Source: an uncultured delta proteobacterium (GTDB taxonomy: Bacteria > Myxococcota_A > Polyangia > Polyangiales > Polyangiaceae). Taken from it: 64,000 bases of DNA. Position numbers and translations under genes: made by a program. The notes below the pieces were generated by a model that was given only the letters and a program-made list of their open reading frames with translations, did not search any database and had not been told where the DNA came from. Positions 1 through 9,211 of the stretch are shown one piece after another. Each line of letters opens with the position of its first letter. Within the stretch, counting starts at the first letter, position 1. Where the stretch lies: assembly GCA_963841435.1 (NCBI GenBank), contig CAWJCS010000003.1, positions 1,088,001 through 1,152,000 of the forward strand. The letters run 5' to 3'.

Positions 1-720
1 TATGCGAGCAGCCACAGCTACGCGCTCGAACGCGTGCCGGACGGCTCCCGCGTGCTCGACATCGGCGCCGGACCGGGCGGCATGGCGCGCGAGCTCGTGA
101 AAAAGCACTGCGACGTCACCGTCGTCGACGAGCACGCCCCCGCCGAAGCGACGCCGGGCGTCACCGTGCTCGAGCAGGACCTCGATACCGGGCTTTCGTT
201 CAACCCCGGGCGCTACGACGTGCTCCTGATGCTCGACGTGATCGAGCACCTCAAGCGGCCGGAAGATTTCCTCGACAAGCTGCGAGACAATTTCGATCAC
301 TCCCAGAAGAAGCTGATCCTCACCACGCCCAACGTGGCGTTCGCGCCACAGCGGCTCATGCTGCTCTTCGGGCAATTCAACTACGGCAAGGCGGGCATCC
401 TCGACCTCACGCACACGCGCCTGTTCACCTTCCGCTCCATCGAGCAGCTGCTCAAGGACGCAGGGTTCCGCATTCGCGAGGTCCGGGGCGTCCCGGCGCC
501 CTTTCCCAAGGTGCTTGGTAACGGCGTGCTCGGCCGCACCGCAACGCAGCTGAACGAGCTTGCGATCCGCTTTAGCAAGACGCTTTTTTCCTACCAAATC
601 CTGATCACGGCCGAGGGCACGCCGACGCCCGAGTTCCTCGTGGACGACGCGCGCGTTCGCAGCGGCCTCACGGGACTCAATCTGAGCTTCAGCCAGCGTG
701 GCCCCATCGCGAGCGCGTGA
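1..720 (+). CDS. Class I SAM-dependent methyltransferase domain, 5'-truncated by the window (possibly the C-terminal part of a glycosyltransferase-methyltransferase fusion)
   Basis: Frame is open from base 1 (YASSHSYALERVPDGSRVLDIGAGPG). SAM motif VLDIGAGPG, plus DVIEHL and GILDLTHTRLFT, typical of glycan-locus methyltransferases. Confidence 0.8.
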   Translation, partial: YASSHSYALERVPDGSRVLDIGAGPGGMARELVKKHCDVTVVDEHAPAEATPGVTVLEQDLDTGLSFNPGRYDVLLMLDVIEHLKRPEDFLDKLRDNFDHSQKKLILTTPNVAFAPQRLMLLFGQFNYGKAGILDLTHTRLFTFRSIEQLLKDAGFRIREVRGVPAPFPKVLGNGVLGRTATQLNELAIRFSKTLFSYQILITAEGTPTPEFLVDDARVRSGLTGLNLSFSQRGPIASA

Positions 721-770
721 GTGGGTGCCACCGGCCGCCGGGGGTCGGGCACGGCCCCGCGGGCCGCTGC

Positions 771-3090
771 TCAGTGCTTGGCGCGGGAACGGCGCACGTA
801 GAGCTGCGAGCGGCCGCGCGCCGAGGCGTAGTCGAAGCGCTTGCCGGGGTTCACGTCGGGGTGGCACGGCGTCTCGACGACGACGAAGTCACCCCTTTCG
901 AGAGGAGCGTCGGATGCATGGAGTGGCTCGACGGGGTCGGGCGGCGGTGCCGGATCGACGGCGGGCAAGGTGAGCTGCGAGAGCTTGTACCAGCCCGTGC
1001 GGTAGGGCGGACCGCAGCCGAAGTAGGCGACGTTCGAACTCGGTTCGCGTTTCGGAAGGACGGGGCTCGGGCACGCGCGCCACCCACTGGCCCGCGACGA
1101 TGCGGCGCTCCTCGGTGGCGCGGTAGGCATAGTTGTAAAAGGCGAGATCTTCGCCGACGGAATCGCGACCGATGCTGTACGGCGGCCACACGAGGTCGGT
1201 GACGCCAAGGCGGCGCAGCTGGTCGTTGATGCGCGCGGGGCTCGCAAGCCTCGCGTAGTTGAACTTGAGCTGGTGCAGGTCCGTGACCCAATTGCGGTCG
1301 AGGCCCAAGATCATGATGTTGTCGTGCGCGAGCACCGTCGCGTCCGGAGGCAAAGCACGCCCGATCGTGCTGAGCGGCTCGTAGATATCGAGCCGATTTT
1401 CCTGTCTCTCGAAGGCCGAAGCCAGGAACAGCGCCACGACGCGGATCGGCGAATCGTGAAGGAGGTTGTGAGTACGAATGAAGGGCGTGTCGCCCGCCCA
1501 GACCACCTGGAGCCCACCGAGCAGCGCGAGAGCGATGCGCGGCTTGTAGCCGCTGCGTGCCACGAGCACGAACGTCGTCGCCGTGGCTCCTGCCATCAGC
1601 GGCACGGCGGCCACGAGGTAGCGATCGTAGTGCGTGAGCAGGTACCAGACGAAGACCGCGGCCATCCCCAGCGCGTAGAGCCACGCCACGCGGGCCGCTC
1701 CCTTGACGAAGAGCAAGCAGGGCAAAGTCAGCGTGAACAGCGAGCCGAACACGGGCCAGTTGCCATAGAGGAACTCCCAATTGTTCGGCTCGAACGAGAA
1801 CGTCAGCGTCGCCTTCGCCGCGGCGAAGAGCCCCTCTGCGTTGACGGAGCCGGGGCGGCCGGTGGCCTCGAGGATCGAGAGCCGTGCCGCCGCTTCCGGA
1901 GCCCACGGATGGGACGGGAAAAAGCGGTGCAGCATCGGATAGATGGGGTCGCCGTACCAGACCCAGTTCTTGAGCCAGTGGGGGGCCGTGAGGATCAGCG
2001 GCAGCGTCACGAGGGCGGCGAGGGCAATGCCCTCCGTCTTCGTGCGTCGGCGCAAGGTGAGCCAGAGCCCACGCGCGAGCAAGGCGAAGGCCGGCGGCAG
2101 CACGATGCTCAACGCCGTGTACTTGGTGAGCGTCGCCGCTGCGATGAACACACTGAACAGCGCTGCGTTCAAAGGCGTGAAGCGACGCCAGGCACGAAAG
2201 AAGGTGAGCGCAATCGGGATCGCGAAAAAGCCCGTTACGCGATCCGCCCCCGAGTGAAGGTTGAGATCGTAGACGTAGAGCCCCGGGAACATGAGCAACG
2301 TGACCCAGGTGATGCCCACGTAGCGTCCCGGAGCTAGACGCCGGACCAGCACGGGGACCTGCGCGAGCATGGCGAGGAACAGCACGAACTCCAGATGCGC
2401 GCAGAGCTCCACCCGGTCGAAAAGCAGCGTTTTGGGCGCGAGAAACGCCCAGGCGTACACGTAACTCCACAGGTGGGGAAAGGCGACCGGCCAGAAGCCT
2501 TCCTCGAAGCGGCTGACCGCGCCCGACAGCGCGTACCGCTGTGCAATCGGCATGTGGTACCAGCGCACGTCGAAGCTCACGACCTCCGGCGAGAGGATCG
2601 TGAAGTACACGATGCCGAGCGCGAGCACGGCGAGCACCAGAACGGGGACTTGCCAAGCTGGCACGCGCCACTCGGAGCGCAGCGTTCTCCGCGCGAAATG
2701 AAGTAGCTCCTTGCCCGAGCGGCGGTACCCAAAAAGGGCGAAGACAGCGGGCAGCAGGAAGAACGTGAGCACGGAAAGTCCGTGCGCGAGGCCAACGAAA
2801 AACACGCCCAGCCCGAAGCACAGGACGCCGAGCGCGAGGCCCAGTGTGAGCTGCTCGAGCTTAGGCAGCGCCCCACGCACGAGCACGCCGCAAAGCGCGT
2901 AGCCCGCGAGCAGGCAGGACGCGAGCCACGCGAGCGAGACGACCCAATAGGCCGCGTAGCGAAGGAAGAGCCAGTCCTTTACGGGGTAGACGCCGTCGAC
3001 CTTCACCCCGAAGTAGACGAGCCCCGCGGCGAGCACGGCGACGAGGAAGAAGCCCCTGGCGCGCTCGAGCGAAGGCAGCGTGAAGGGCAT
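771..3090 (-). CDS. Polytopic membrane protein, GT-C/ArnT-like glycosyltransferase candidate, with an apparent +1 frameshift at about 1062-1065
   Basis: Many hydrophobic segments, DVRWYHMPIA loop, TKYT and NWVWYGDPIYP motifs. Removing one C from GAGCCCCGTC joins ORF 889..3141 to the C-terminus carried in ORF 771..1247 (VLPKREPSSNVAYFGC). Start taken at MPFTLP. Confidence 0.6.
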
Positions 3091-3104
3091 CGAGGGTGCC
3101 CGGC

Positions 3105-3740
3105 TCAGTGAGGCCGACGACCGCTGGCGGCCAGGACCCATCCGAGCGCGATCGTTTCCACTTGCAGCGCCTCCGCACCCGCGTGTCCGAGGACGGTGGT
3201 CAGGCGCTCCGGTGTCATTTTCGTGGGGTGGATGTGCTTGCGACTGAAATGTTGAAGCCTGGCTATGGCTTCGAGCGCCGTCGCCTCGATCAGGCGCAGC
3301 GACGTCGAGGCGTAGTTGGGGGTCGTCAAGAACAGCGCCCCGTTGGGCTTGAGAACGCGGAGGATCTCGCGTGTCCAGGCCACGGGTTCCGGGACGTGCT
3401 CGATGACATCCATCGAAACGACCAGATCGAACCGTGCGTCCGGGTACGGGAGCCCTCGTCCGGGGTCGATCACGTCCGCGCCCGCGAGCTTGTGTCCATG
3501 AAGGCTCTTGGCAAGCTCCACGGCCCGCTCGTCGATGTCACAGATCGTGAAACTTCGTCCGCGGCGCTCGAGGCGCTCGAGCTCGAAGAACGGCCCCGAC
3601 CCGACGTTCAAGACATCGGGCCCGGGACTCTGCTCCACGGCGTGCTGTAACGAGCGCACGATAGGACCGTGGTAGAGGTTCCACGGGAACCGCAGCTTCA
3701 GGCTGTGGTTCGAGAAATAGTCCGGCTGAGGGGCGGACAT
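3105..3740 (-). CDS. Class I SAM-dependent methyltransferase
   Basis: VLNVGSG, LPYPDARFDLVVSMDVIEHV and LRVLKPNG motifs. Confidence 0.85.
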   Translation of the reverse strand: MSAPQPDYFSNHSLKLRFPWNLYHGPIVRSLQHAVEQSPGPDVLNVGSGPFFELERLERRGRSFTICDIDERAVELAKSLHGHKLAGADVIDPGRGLPYPDARFDLVVSMDVIEHVPEPVAWTREILRVLKPNGALFLTTPNYASTSLRLIEATALEAIARLQHFSRKHIHPTKMTPERLTTVLGHAGAEALQVETIALGWVLAASGRRPH

Positions 3741-3743
3741 CGC

Positions 3744-4559
3744 TCACTCGATCCGGCGGCGACCGATCGCCAGAAACTCGGCCGTGGGGGTCGGATCACT
3801 CTTGTCGAGGAGCGACTTTGCCAGGGCGTAGATCGGCAAAGCGAGCCCACGGCGCACCGAGGGGAAATTGGTCCAGCGCGTCGTCAGGTGTTTGTTCAAC
3901 AAACCTGCGAGCGACGGGAGCAGCAACGCCTCGAACGCTACCGTCGTGGCCGTCGAGAGCACCGGTTCCACGTGCTCGACCTCGAAACCGCCGTCCACGA
4001 GCACCTGCCGCCAGCCCTGCTCGTCGTAGAGGTGATGGTGCTTGAAGAGGGTATCGATGGCCGTCTGCAGGGTCTCCGCGAGGCCCGTTGCCCCAACGCC
4101 GGCTAGCAGCCGGTAGCTCAAGAATTGCTTGGCCCAGTCCCGATTGGGAACGAACATGAGCACGCGCCCCCCGGGCTTGAGGCAGTCGTGGATCGTCTTC
4201 ATTGCCAGGTCGAGACGCGGCACGTGCTCGAGCGAGCAGTTGGCGACACAGGTTTCGAAGAAGGCCTGGGGGAGCCTGGCGCGCGTGACGTCGCCGAGCA
4301 CCACTTGCGCGTAGGCGCGACTCGCGGCGGCCCAGCGGCCCTCCTTGGCGTCGATGTCGATGCCCCAGACTTCCGCGTCGGCGAACGCAACGCTCGCGAA
4401 CAAGCCATCGCCGCAGCCCACGTCGAGGATCGGGCCCGGACAATCGTAGCGACGCAGGACGGAGAGGCGCGCGCACTCCTTGACGCAGAGAGCCGCGGGA
4501 GTGTGGGGGAAATACCGCTGAAAGTCGGCGAGGCTGATCTCGGGCGCGCGGCTCGTCAT
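3744..4559 (-). CDS. Class I SAM-dependent methyltransferase
   Basis: ILDVGCGDG, NCSLEHVP and LKPGG motifs. Confidence 0.85.
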   Translation of the reverse strand: MTSRAPEISLADFQRYFPHTPAALCVKECARLSVLRRYDCPGPILDVGCGDGLFASVAFADAEVWGIDIDAKEGRWAAASRAYAQVVLGDVTRARLPQAFFETCVANCSLEHVPRLDLAMKTIHDCLKPGGRVLMFVPNRDWAKQFLSYRLLAGVGATGLAETLQTAIDTLFKHHHLYDEQGWRQVLVDGGFEVEHVEPVLSTATTVAFEALLLPSLAGLLNKHLTTRWTNFPSVRRGLALPIYALAKSLLDKSDPTPTAEFLAIGRRRIE

Positions 4560-4733
4560 GGGGCCTAAGTTGCCGCCGTGATTAGCTTACCGGGAGGCGG
4601 ATCGCAACCGGGCCCTCGCCGCCGTGCGTGGCATTTTCACGCCGATTCGCGCGGCTTTTCCTCGCCGGGCATGACCATGGCAAGCTTCGGCCGCCGACGG
4701 ATCGTCGTCGCGTGGGCCAAGAAGAAGCACCGC

Positions 4734-5502
4734 ATGAAAGTCGTCATCCTCGCAGGCGGGCTGGGCAGCCGGCTCTCGGAGCACACAGCCCTCAAGCCGA
4801 AGCCCATGGTCGAGATCGGACAGTATCCGATCTTGTTCCACATCCTGAACATCTACGCGGCGCACGGCTTCGACGATTTCGTGATTGCGTGCGGCTACAA
4901 GGGGGAGGTCATCAAGGAGTACTTCCAGGGCTTCCATCTCAGGCATACCGACTTCACGGTGCGCCTCCGCGACGGCGAGCTCAGCACGCTGAAGAACGAT
5001 GCGCCGCCCTGGACCGTGACGTTGATCGACACGGGGCTCAGCACCATGACGGGGGGCCGCGTTCGCCGGCTCGCGAGCGTGATCGGCGAGGAGACGTTCA
5101 TGGTGACGTACGGTGACGGCGTCGGAAACGTTAACATCACGAAGCTCGTCGCCTTTCACCGCTCCCACGGAAAGGCAGCGACGGTCACCGCCGTCCGGCC
5201 GCCGTCGCGCTTCGGCGGGCTCGTCGTCGAGGGCGGCCGCGTACGCGAATTCACGGAGAAACCTCAGACCGGCGAGGGCTGGATCAACGGCGGATTCTTC
5301 GTGTTCGAGCCGCGCGTCTTTTCGTACCTCGACGGGGACGAGAGCGTGCTCGAGAAGACCCCACTCGAGCGTCTCGCGCGAGACGGCGAGCTCATGGCCT
5401 TCGAGCACCACGATTTCTGGCAGCCGATGGACACGCTGCGCGAAAAGCGCGTGCTCGACGAGCTCTGGGCTTCGGGGAAGGCGCCCTGGAAGATTCTGGT
5501 GA
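4734..5502 (+). CDS. rfbF: Glucose-1-phosphate cytidylyltransferase
   Basis: MKVVILAGGLGSRLSEHT..KPKPMVEIG, TMTGGR, TYGDG, WINGGFFV, FWQPMDTLR, APWK. As sequenced it reads through into rfbG; deleting one T at 5494-5495 restores APWKIW-stop (TGA at 5500-5502). Confidence 0.9.
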
Positions 5503-6584
5503 TGGCGCCGGTGCTCGAGTTCTTCCGCGGCCGGCGCGTGCTCGTGACCGGTCACACCGGCTTCAAGGGCGCCTGGCTCTGTGAGTGGCTCTTGACGCTC
5601 GGCGCCAACGTCGTGGGCTTCGCGCGCCCTCCGGACCAGGAGCCGAGCCTCTTCGCGGCAACCGGGCTCGCGTCACGCCTCGTGTCCGTGATGGGCCATG
5701 TCGAAGATGCCGAGGCCGTGCTGTCGCTTTTCCGGACGCATCGGCCCGAGCTCGTGCTGCACCTCGCAGCGCAAGCGCTCGTCAGGCGCTCGTACCAGTC
5801 GCCGCTCGACACCTACGCAACGAACGTCATGGGCACGGCGCACGTTCTCGAGGCAGCACGGAAGACGCCGTCGGTGAGGAGCGTGGTGATCGTCACCTCC
5901 GACAAGTGCTACGAAAACGTGGGCCTCGAGCGCGGCTACGTCGAGACGGATCCGATGGGCGGCCACGATCCGTACAGCTCGAGCAAGGGCGCCGCCGAAC
6001 TCGTCACGCAGGGCTATCGACGCTCGTTCTTCCACGAGCCAGGCGACGCCGGCGTCGCGTCCGCCCGCGCCGGCAACGTGATCGGGGGCGGCGACTGGTT
6101 GACCGATCGTCTCGTGCCGGATCTGGTCCGCGGGATCACGCGCGGCGAGCCGGTCGTGATCCGGAACCCCGACGCCACCCGGCCCTTTCAGCACGTGCTC
6201 GAACCGCTCTACGGTTACCTCGTCCTCGCGCGCCAAGCTCACGAAAAGCCGCGGCTCTTCTCGCAGGGATACAACTTCGGGCCACGGGACGGCACGCTCC
6301 GCGTCCGCGACCTCGCCGAGCGCTTCGTCGCGACGTTCGGGCGCGGCGACATCGTTCTGCCCCCTCCCGACGACGCCGGCCCCCACGAGGCCCGCACGCT
6401 GAGCCTCGACAGCGCGAAGGCGCACCGCGAGCTCGACTGGACGCCCCGCCTCGACATCGCCGACACCGTTTCGCTCACGGCGAGCTGGTACAAGGCCTAC
6501 TACGACGACCCGCGCAGCGCGCGCGCCACGACCGAGGCGCAGATCGCCGAGTACATGGCGCGGCAGGCGGCAGCGGGAGCATGA
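5502..6584 (+). CDS. rfbG: CDP-glucose 4,6-dehydratase
   Basis: VLVTGHTGFKGAWL, HLAAQALVR, TSDKCY, DPYSSSK, RAGNVIGGGDW, TRPFQHVLEPL. ATG lies in a TGATG overlap. Confidence 0.92.
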   Translation: MAPVLEFFRGRRVLVTGHTGFKGAWLCEWLLTLGANVVGFARPPDQEPSLFAATGLASRLVSVMGHVEDAEAVLSLFRTHRPELVLHLAAQALVRRSYQSPLDTYATNVMGTAHVLEAARKTPSVRSVVIVTSDKCYENVGLERGYVETDPMGGHDPYSSSKGAAELVTQGYRRSFFHEPGDAGVASARAGNVIGGGDWLTDRLVPDLVRGITRGEPVVIRNPDATRPFQHVLEPLYGYLVLARQAHEKPRLFSQGYNFGPRDGTLRVRDLAERFVATFGRGDIVLPPPDDAGPHEARTLSLDSAKAHRELDWTPRLDIADTVSLTASWYKAYYDDPRSARATTEAQIAEYMARQAAAGA

Positions 6585-7504
6585 GCGGAGCCGTCCTCGT
6601 GACGGGCGGCGACGGCTTCATCGGCCGGCGCGTGGTCGCCGCCTTCGCCCGCGACGGCGCGACCGTGCACTGCCTCGTTCGTGCCGGGTCGAAAGGCGGA
6701 AAGGCGCCCCCCGGACACGTCGAGCGTCACGAGCTGCCGAGCGAACCGGGAGCGCTCACGGCGATCGTCGAACGCCTGCGACCCGAGGTCCTGGTGAATC
6801 TCGCGACTTACGGTGTCGCCCCCGACCAGCTCGATCCCCGGCGCATGGTCGAAGCGAACGTCGGGCTCGTCACCGAGCTCATCGACGCCTGCCGCAGCCT
6901 GCGGCCTCGCTTCTTGCAGATCGGCAGCTGTTCGGAATACGCGCGCACCGAGCGGCCACGCCTGATCGACGAGCAGACGCGCTGCGTCCCGACCACGCCG
7001 TACGGCGCCGCCAAGCACGCGGCCACGCTGTGGGGCGGCGCCCTCGCGCGGCGCTTCGAGATCCCGTTCTTCGTGCTCAGGCCGTTCGGTGTGTACGGAC
7101 CGGGCGAGAGCCCACACCGCCTCGTCCCGTACGTTGCGAGCCGCCTTGCCCGGGACCAAACCGCGGCGTTGACGCCCGGCGACCAGGTGCGCGATTTTTC
7201 TTACGTGGACGACGTCGCGAGCGCCATCCTGGCCGCCAGCAAGCGTGAGCTCGAAAGCGGTACCGCCTACAACCTTTGCACGGGCGTCGGCACCTCGGTG
7301 CGAGAGCTCGCCCTCGCAGTGTGCGAGCGCTTGGGCAAGCCGGCGTCGCTGCTCGACTTCGGGGCGCGGCCCTACCGGCCGGGTGACGACCTCTGGATCG
7401 TCGGGGATCCGACCCGGTTCCGCCTAGCCACCGGCTTCATGCCCGAGACACCGCTCGCGCTCGGCATCGAGAGCACCCTCTCGGCAGCGGCCGCTCACCG
7501 ATGA
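6581..7504 (+). CDS. NAD-dependent epimerase/dehydratase (extended SDR; candidate CDP-sugar 4-reductase)
   Basis: VLVTGGDGFIG, GSCSEY, YGAAK (YxxxK), RPFGVYGPGE, RDFSYVDDV. ATGA overlap with rfbG. Confidence 0.85.
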   Translation: MSGAVLVTGGDGFIGRRVVAAFARDGATVHCLVRAGSKGGKAPPGHVERHELPSEPGALTAIVERLRPEVLVNLATYGVAPDQLDPRRMVEANVGLVTELIDACRSLRPRFLQIGSCSEYARTERPRLIDEQTRCVPTTPYGAAKHAATLWGGALARRFEIPFFVLRPFGVYGPGESPHRLVPYVASRLARDQTAALTPGDQVRDFSYVDDVASAILAASKRELESGTAYNLCTGVGTSVRELALAVCERLGKPASLLDFGARPYRPGDDLWIVGDPTRFRLATGFMPETPLALGIESTLSAAAAHR

Positions 7505-7556
7505 GGCCGCGCTTGCCTCGGGACCGCACATCGAGCATGGCTTCGGGGAAAGCAGG

Positions 7557-8168
7557 ATGATGAGCCTGTTCGACCGCATTCTCGGCAACCCGTGGGTGTA
7601 CGAGTACGTGCGGCCGCTCGCGGCGGGCGGGCTCGACTACGCCCACGCCTATCGCCGCCTCAGGTGCGGCCCTTCGGCGCACGTGCTCGACCTCGGCTGC
7701 GGCACGGGCGACGCCCTGCGCTACCTCGATACCTACGAGGCTTACCTCGGGATCGACACCGACGAGCGCGCGATCCGCTACGCAGCCTCACGCTGGCAGG
7801 GTCGCGCGGGCACGCGCTTCGAGTGCCGCCTCTGCACGCCCGACGACGTGCGGGCGTTTGCGCCCACCCACGCGGCGCTGATTGGGCTCTTGCACCACCT
7901 CGACGACGGTGACGCGGTGTCGATGCTGAAGATGCTTCGCGAGTCACCACGTCTCGAGCGCGCCGTGACGCTCGATACGGTGTACCTCCGCAGGCACCCC
8001 TACAACAACCTGCTCACGCGGCTCGACCGTGGGCGCTTCGGTCGCTCCGAGCCCGCCTACGTCGCACTGGCCGAGCGGGCGGGGCTCCGGGTGGTCGAGC
8101 ACTACATCGTGAAGAGCCACCCGACGCGCGGGCTCGTGAAGTTCTGCGTGCTCGTGCTCGAGCCCTGA
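7557..8168 (+). CDS. Class I SAM-dependent methyltransferase
   Basis: VLDLGCGTG, YLGID and GLLHHLDD motifs. Confidence 0.85.
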   Translation: MMSLFDRILGNPWVYEYVRPLAAGGLDYAHAYRRLRCGPSAHVLDLGCGTGDALRYLDTYEAYLGIDTDERAIRYAASRWQGRAGTRFECRLCTPDDVRAFAPTHAALIGLLHHLDDGDAVSMLKMLRESPRLERAVTLDTVYLRRHPYNNLLTRLDRGRFGRSEPAYVALAERAGLRVVEHYIVKSHPTRGLVKFCVLVLEP

Positions 8169-8212
8169 GCCCTGTTGCCGCGGCGGGGCGCGCGGTGCAC
8201 CATGCCGGTCCC

Positions 8213-8833
8213 ATGAACCGTGGAGCCGGCTGGGCCTTGGCGCTCTCGCTCATGCTTGCGAGCTGCGAGAAAAAGCCCTTGGAGATCCGCCTGATGCCGG
8301 GGCCGGATCTCAGCGGCTGGCGCCGTGTCCCGATCCAAGCGCTCGCCGAGAAACCAGTGTGGAACGTCAGCGACAAGATGTTGCTCGTCAACGGCGTGGG
8401 AGCGAAAGAGATGCTCCTGTTCGAGCAAGAGCTCGCCGACGGAGTCGTCCACGTCGAATGGCGGTTCCGCAAGAGCACCGACCCGGCCGCCGTGTACAAC
8501 GGTGGCATCTACGTTCGCACGGCGCTCGATGGCAAGGTGTACGTCCAGGCGCAGGTGGCGCACGCCGAGAAGGCGCCCACCACGGGCGACCTGATTGCCC
8601 AGGTGCCGGGCGTCACAGAGCGCGTCAACGTGTACCAGAAAGCGGCGAGCGTCGAGCACTCAGTCGGCGAGTGGAACACGACCGACATCATGATGCGTGG
8701 ACGCAACATCGGGGTCACGGTCAACGGCACGCCGACGGTCACCTGGACCGACTGCCCGATGCTGAGCGGCCACGTCGGCATCCAGGCCGAAGGCGCTTTC
8801 GTCGAGGTGCGAGCGCTGAGCTACCGCCCGTGA
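8213..8833 (+). CDS. DUF1080 / 3-keto-disaccharide hydrolase-like lipoprotein
   Basis: Lipobox LMLASC, DLSGW, HVEWRF, NGGIYVR, GEWNT, VTVNG, GHVGIQAEG. Confidence 0.75.
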   Translation: MNRGAGWALALSLMLASCEKKPLEIRLMPGPDLSGWRRVPIQALAEKPVWNVSDKMLLVNGVGAKEMLLFEQELADGVVHVEWRFRKSTDPAAVYNGGIYVRTALDGKVYVQAQVAHAEKAPTTGDLIAQVPGVTERVNVYQKAASVEHSVGEWNTTDIMMRGRNIGVTVNGTPTVTWTDCPMLSGHVGIQAEGAFVEVRALSYRP

Positions 8834-8896
8834 CCGCCTTTTTCCGCGGCGATTTTCTGGCCATTCTATGGGTCAAAACGCTAGCTTCGAGACACC

Positions 8897-9211
8897 ATGC
8901 CACCGCTCGACTTCGTCCGAGTCCCTCGCCGCCGGCTGTTCATCCTGGTGCCACCCGCGCTCACGGTGCTCCTTGCCGCCGCCTGCGAGAAACTGCCGGC
9001 CTCGTGCGGCGACGTGAGCGGTCTGACCGAAGACGAAGCCGCCCTGCGAAAGACGATGGGCTACTCCGATCTGGCACCGAGCGCCGACAAGCGCTGTGTG
9101 ACCTGCCGGCACTACGTCGCCGCGTCGAGCCAGTCGAGCTGCGGCAGCTGCAAGCTCCTCAAAGGCCCGATTCACCCGAACGGCTACTGCCAAGCGTACA
9201 CGTCACTCTGA
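8897..9211 (+). CDS. High-potential iron-sulfur protein (HiPIP) with a Tat/lipoprotein-type signal
   Basis: RRRLF twin-arginine motif, LAAAC lipobox, and the HiPIP cysteine pattern CVTCRHY...CKLLKGPIHPNGYCQAY. Confidence 0.8.
   Translation: MPPLDFVRVPRRRLFILVPPALTVLLAAACEKLPASCGDVSGLTEDEAALRKTMGYSDLAPSADKRCVTCRHYVAASSQSSCGSCKLLKGPIHPNGYCQAYTSL

Noticed and set aside
4578-6584. Apparent natural RfbF-RfbG fusion (668-aa ORF)
   Set aside because: The junction AAGATTCTGGTGATG becomes the canonical KIW-stop with a TGATG overlap when one T is removed, so it is most likely an indel error.
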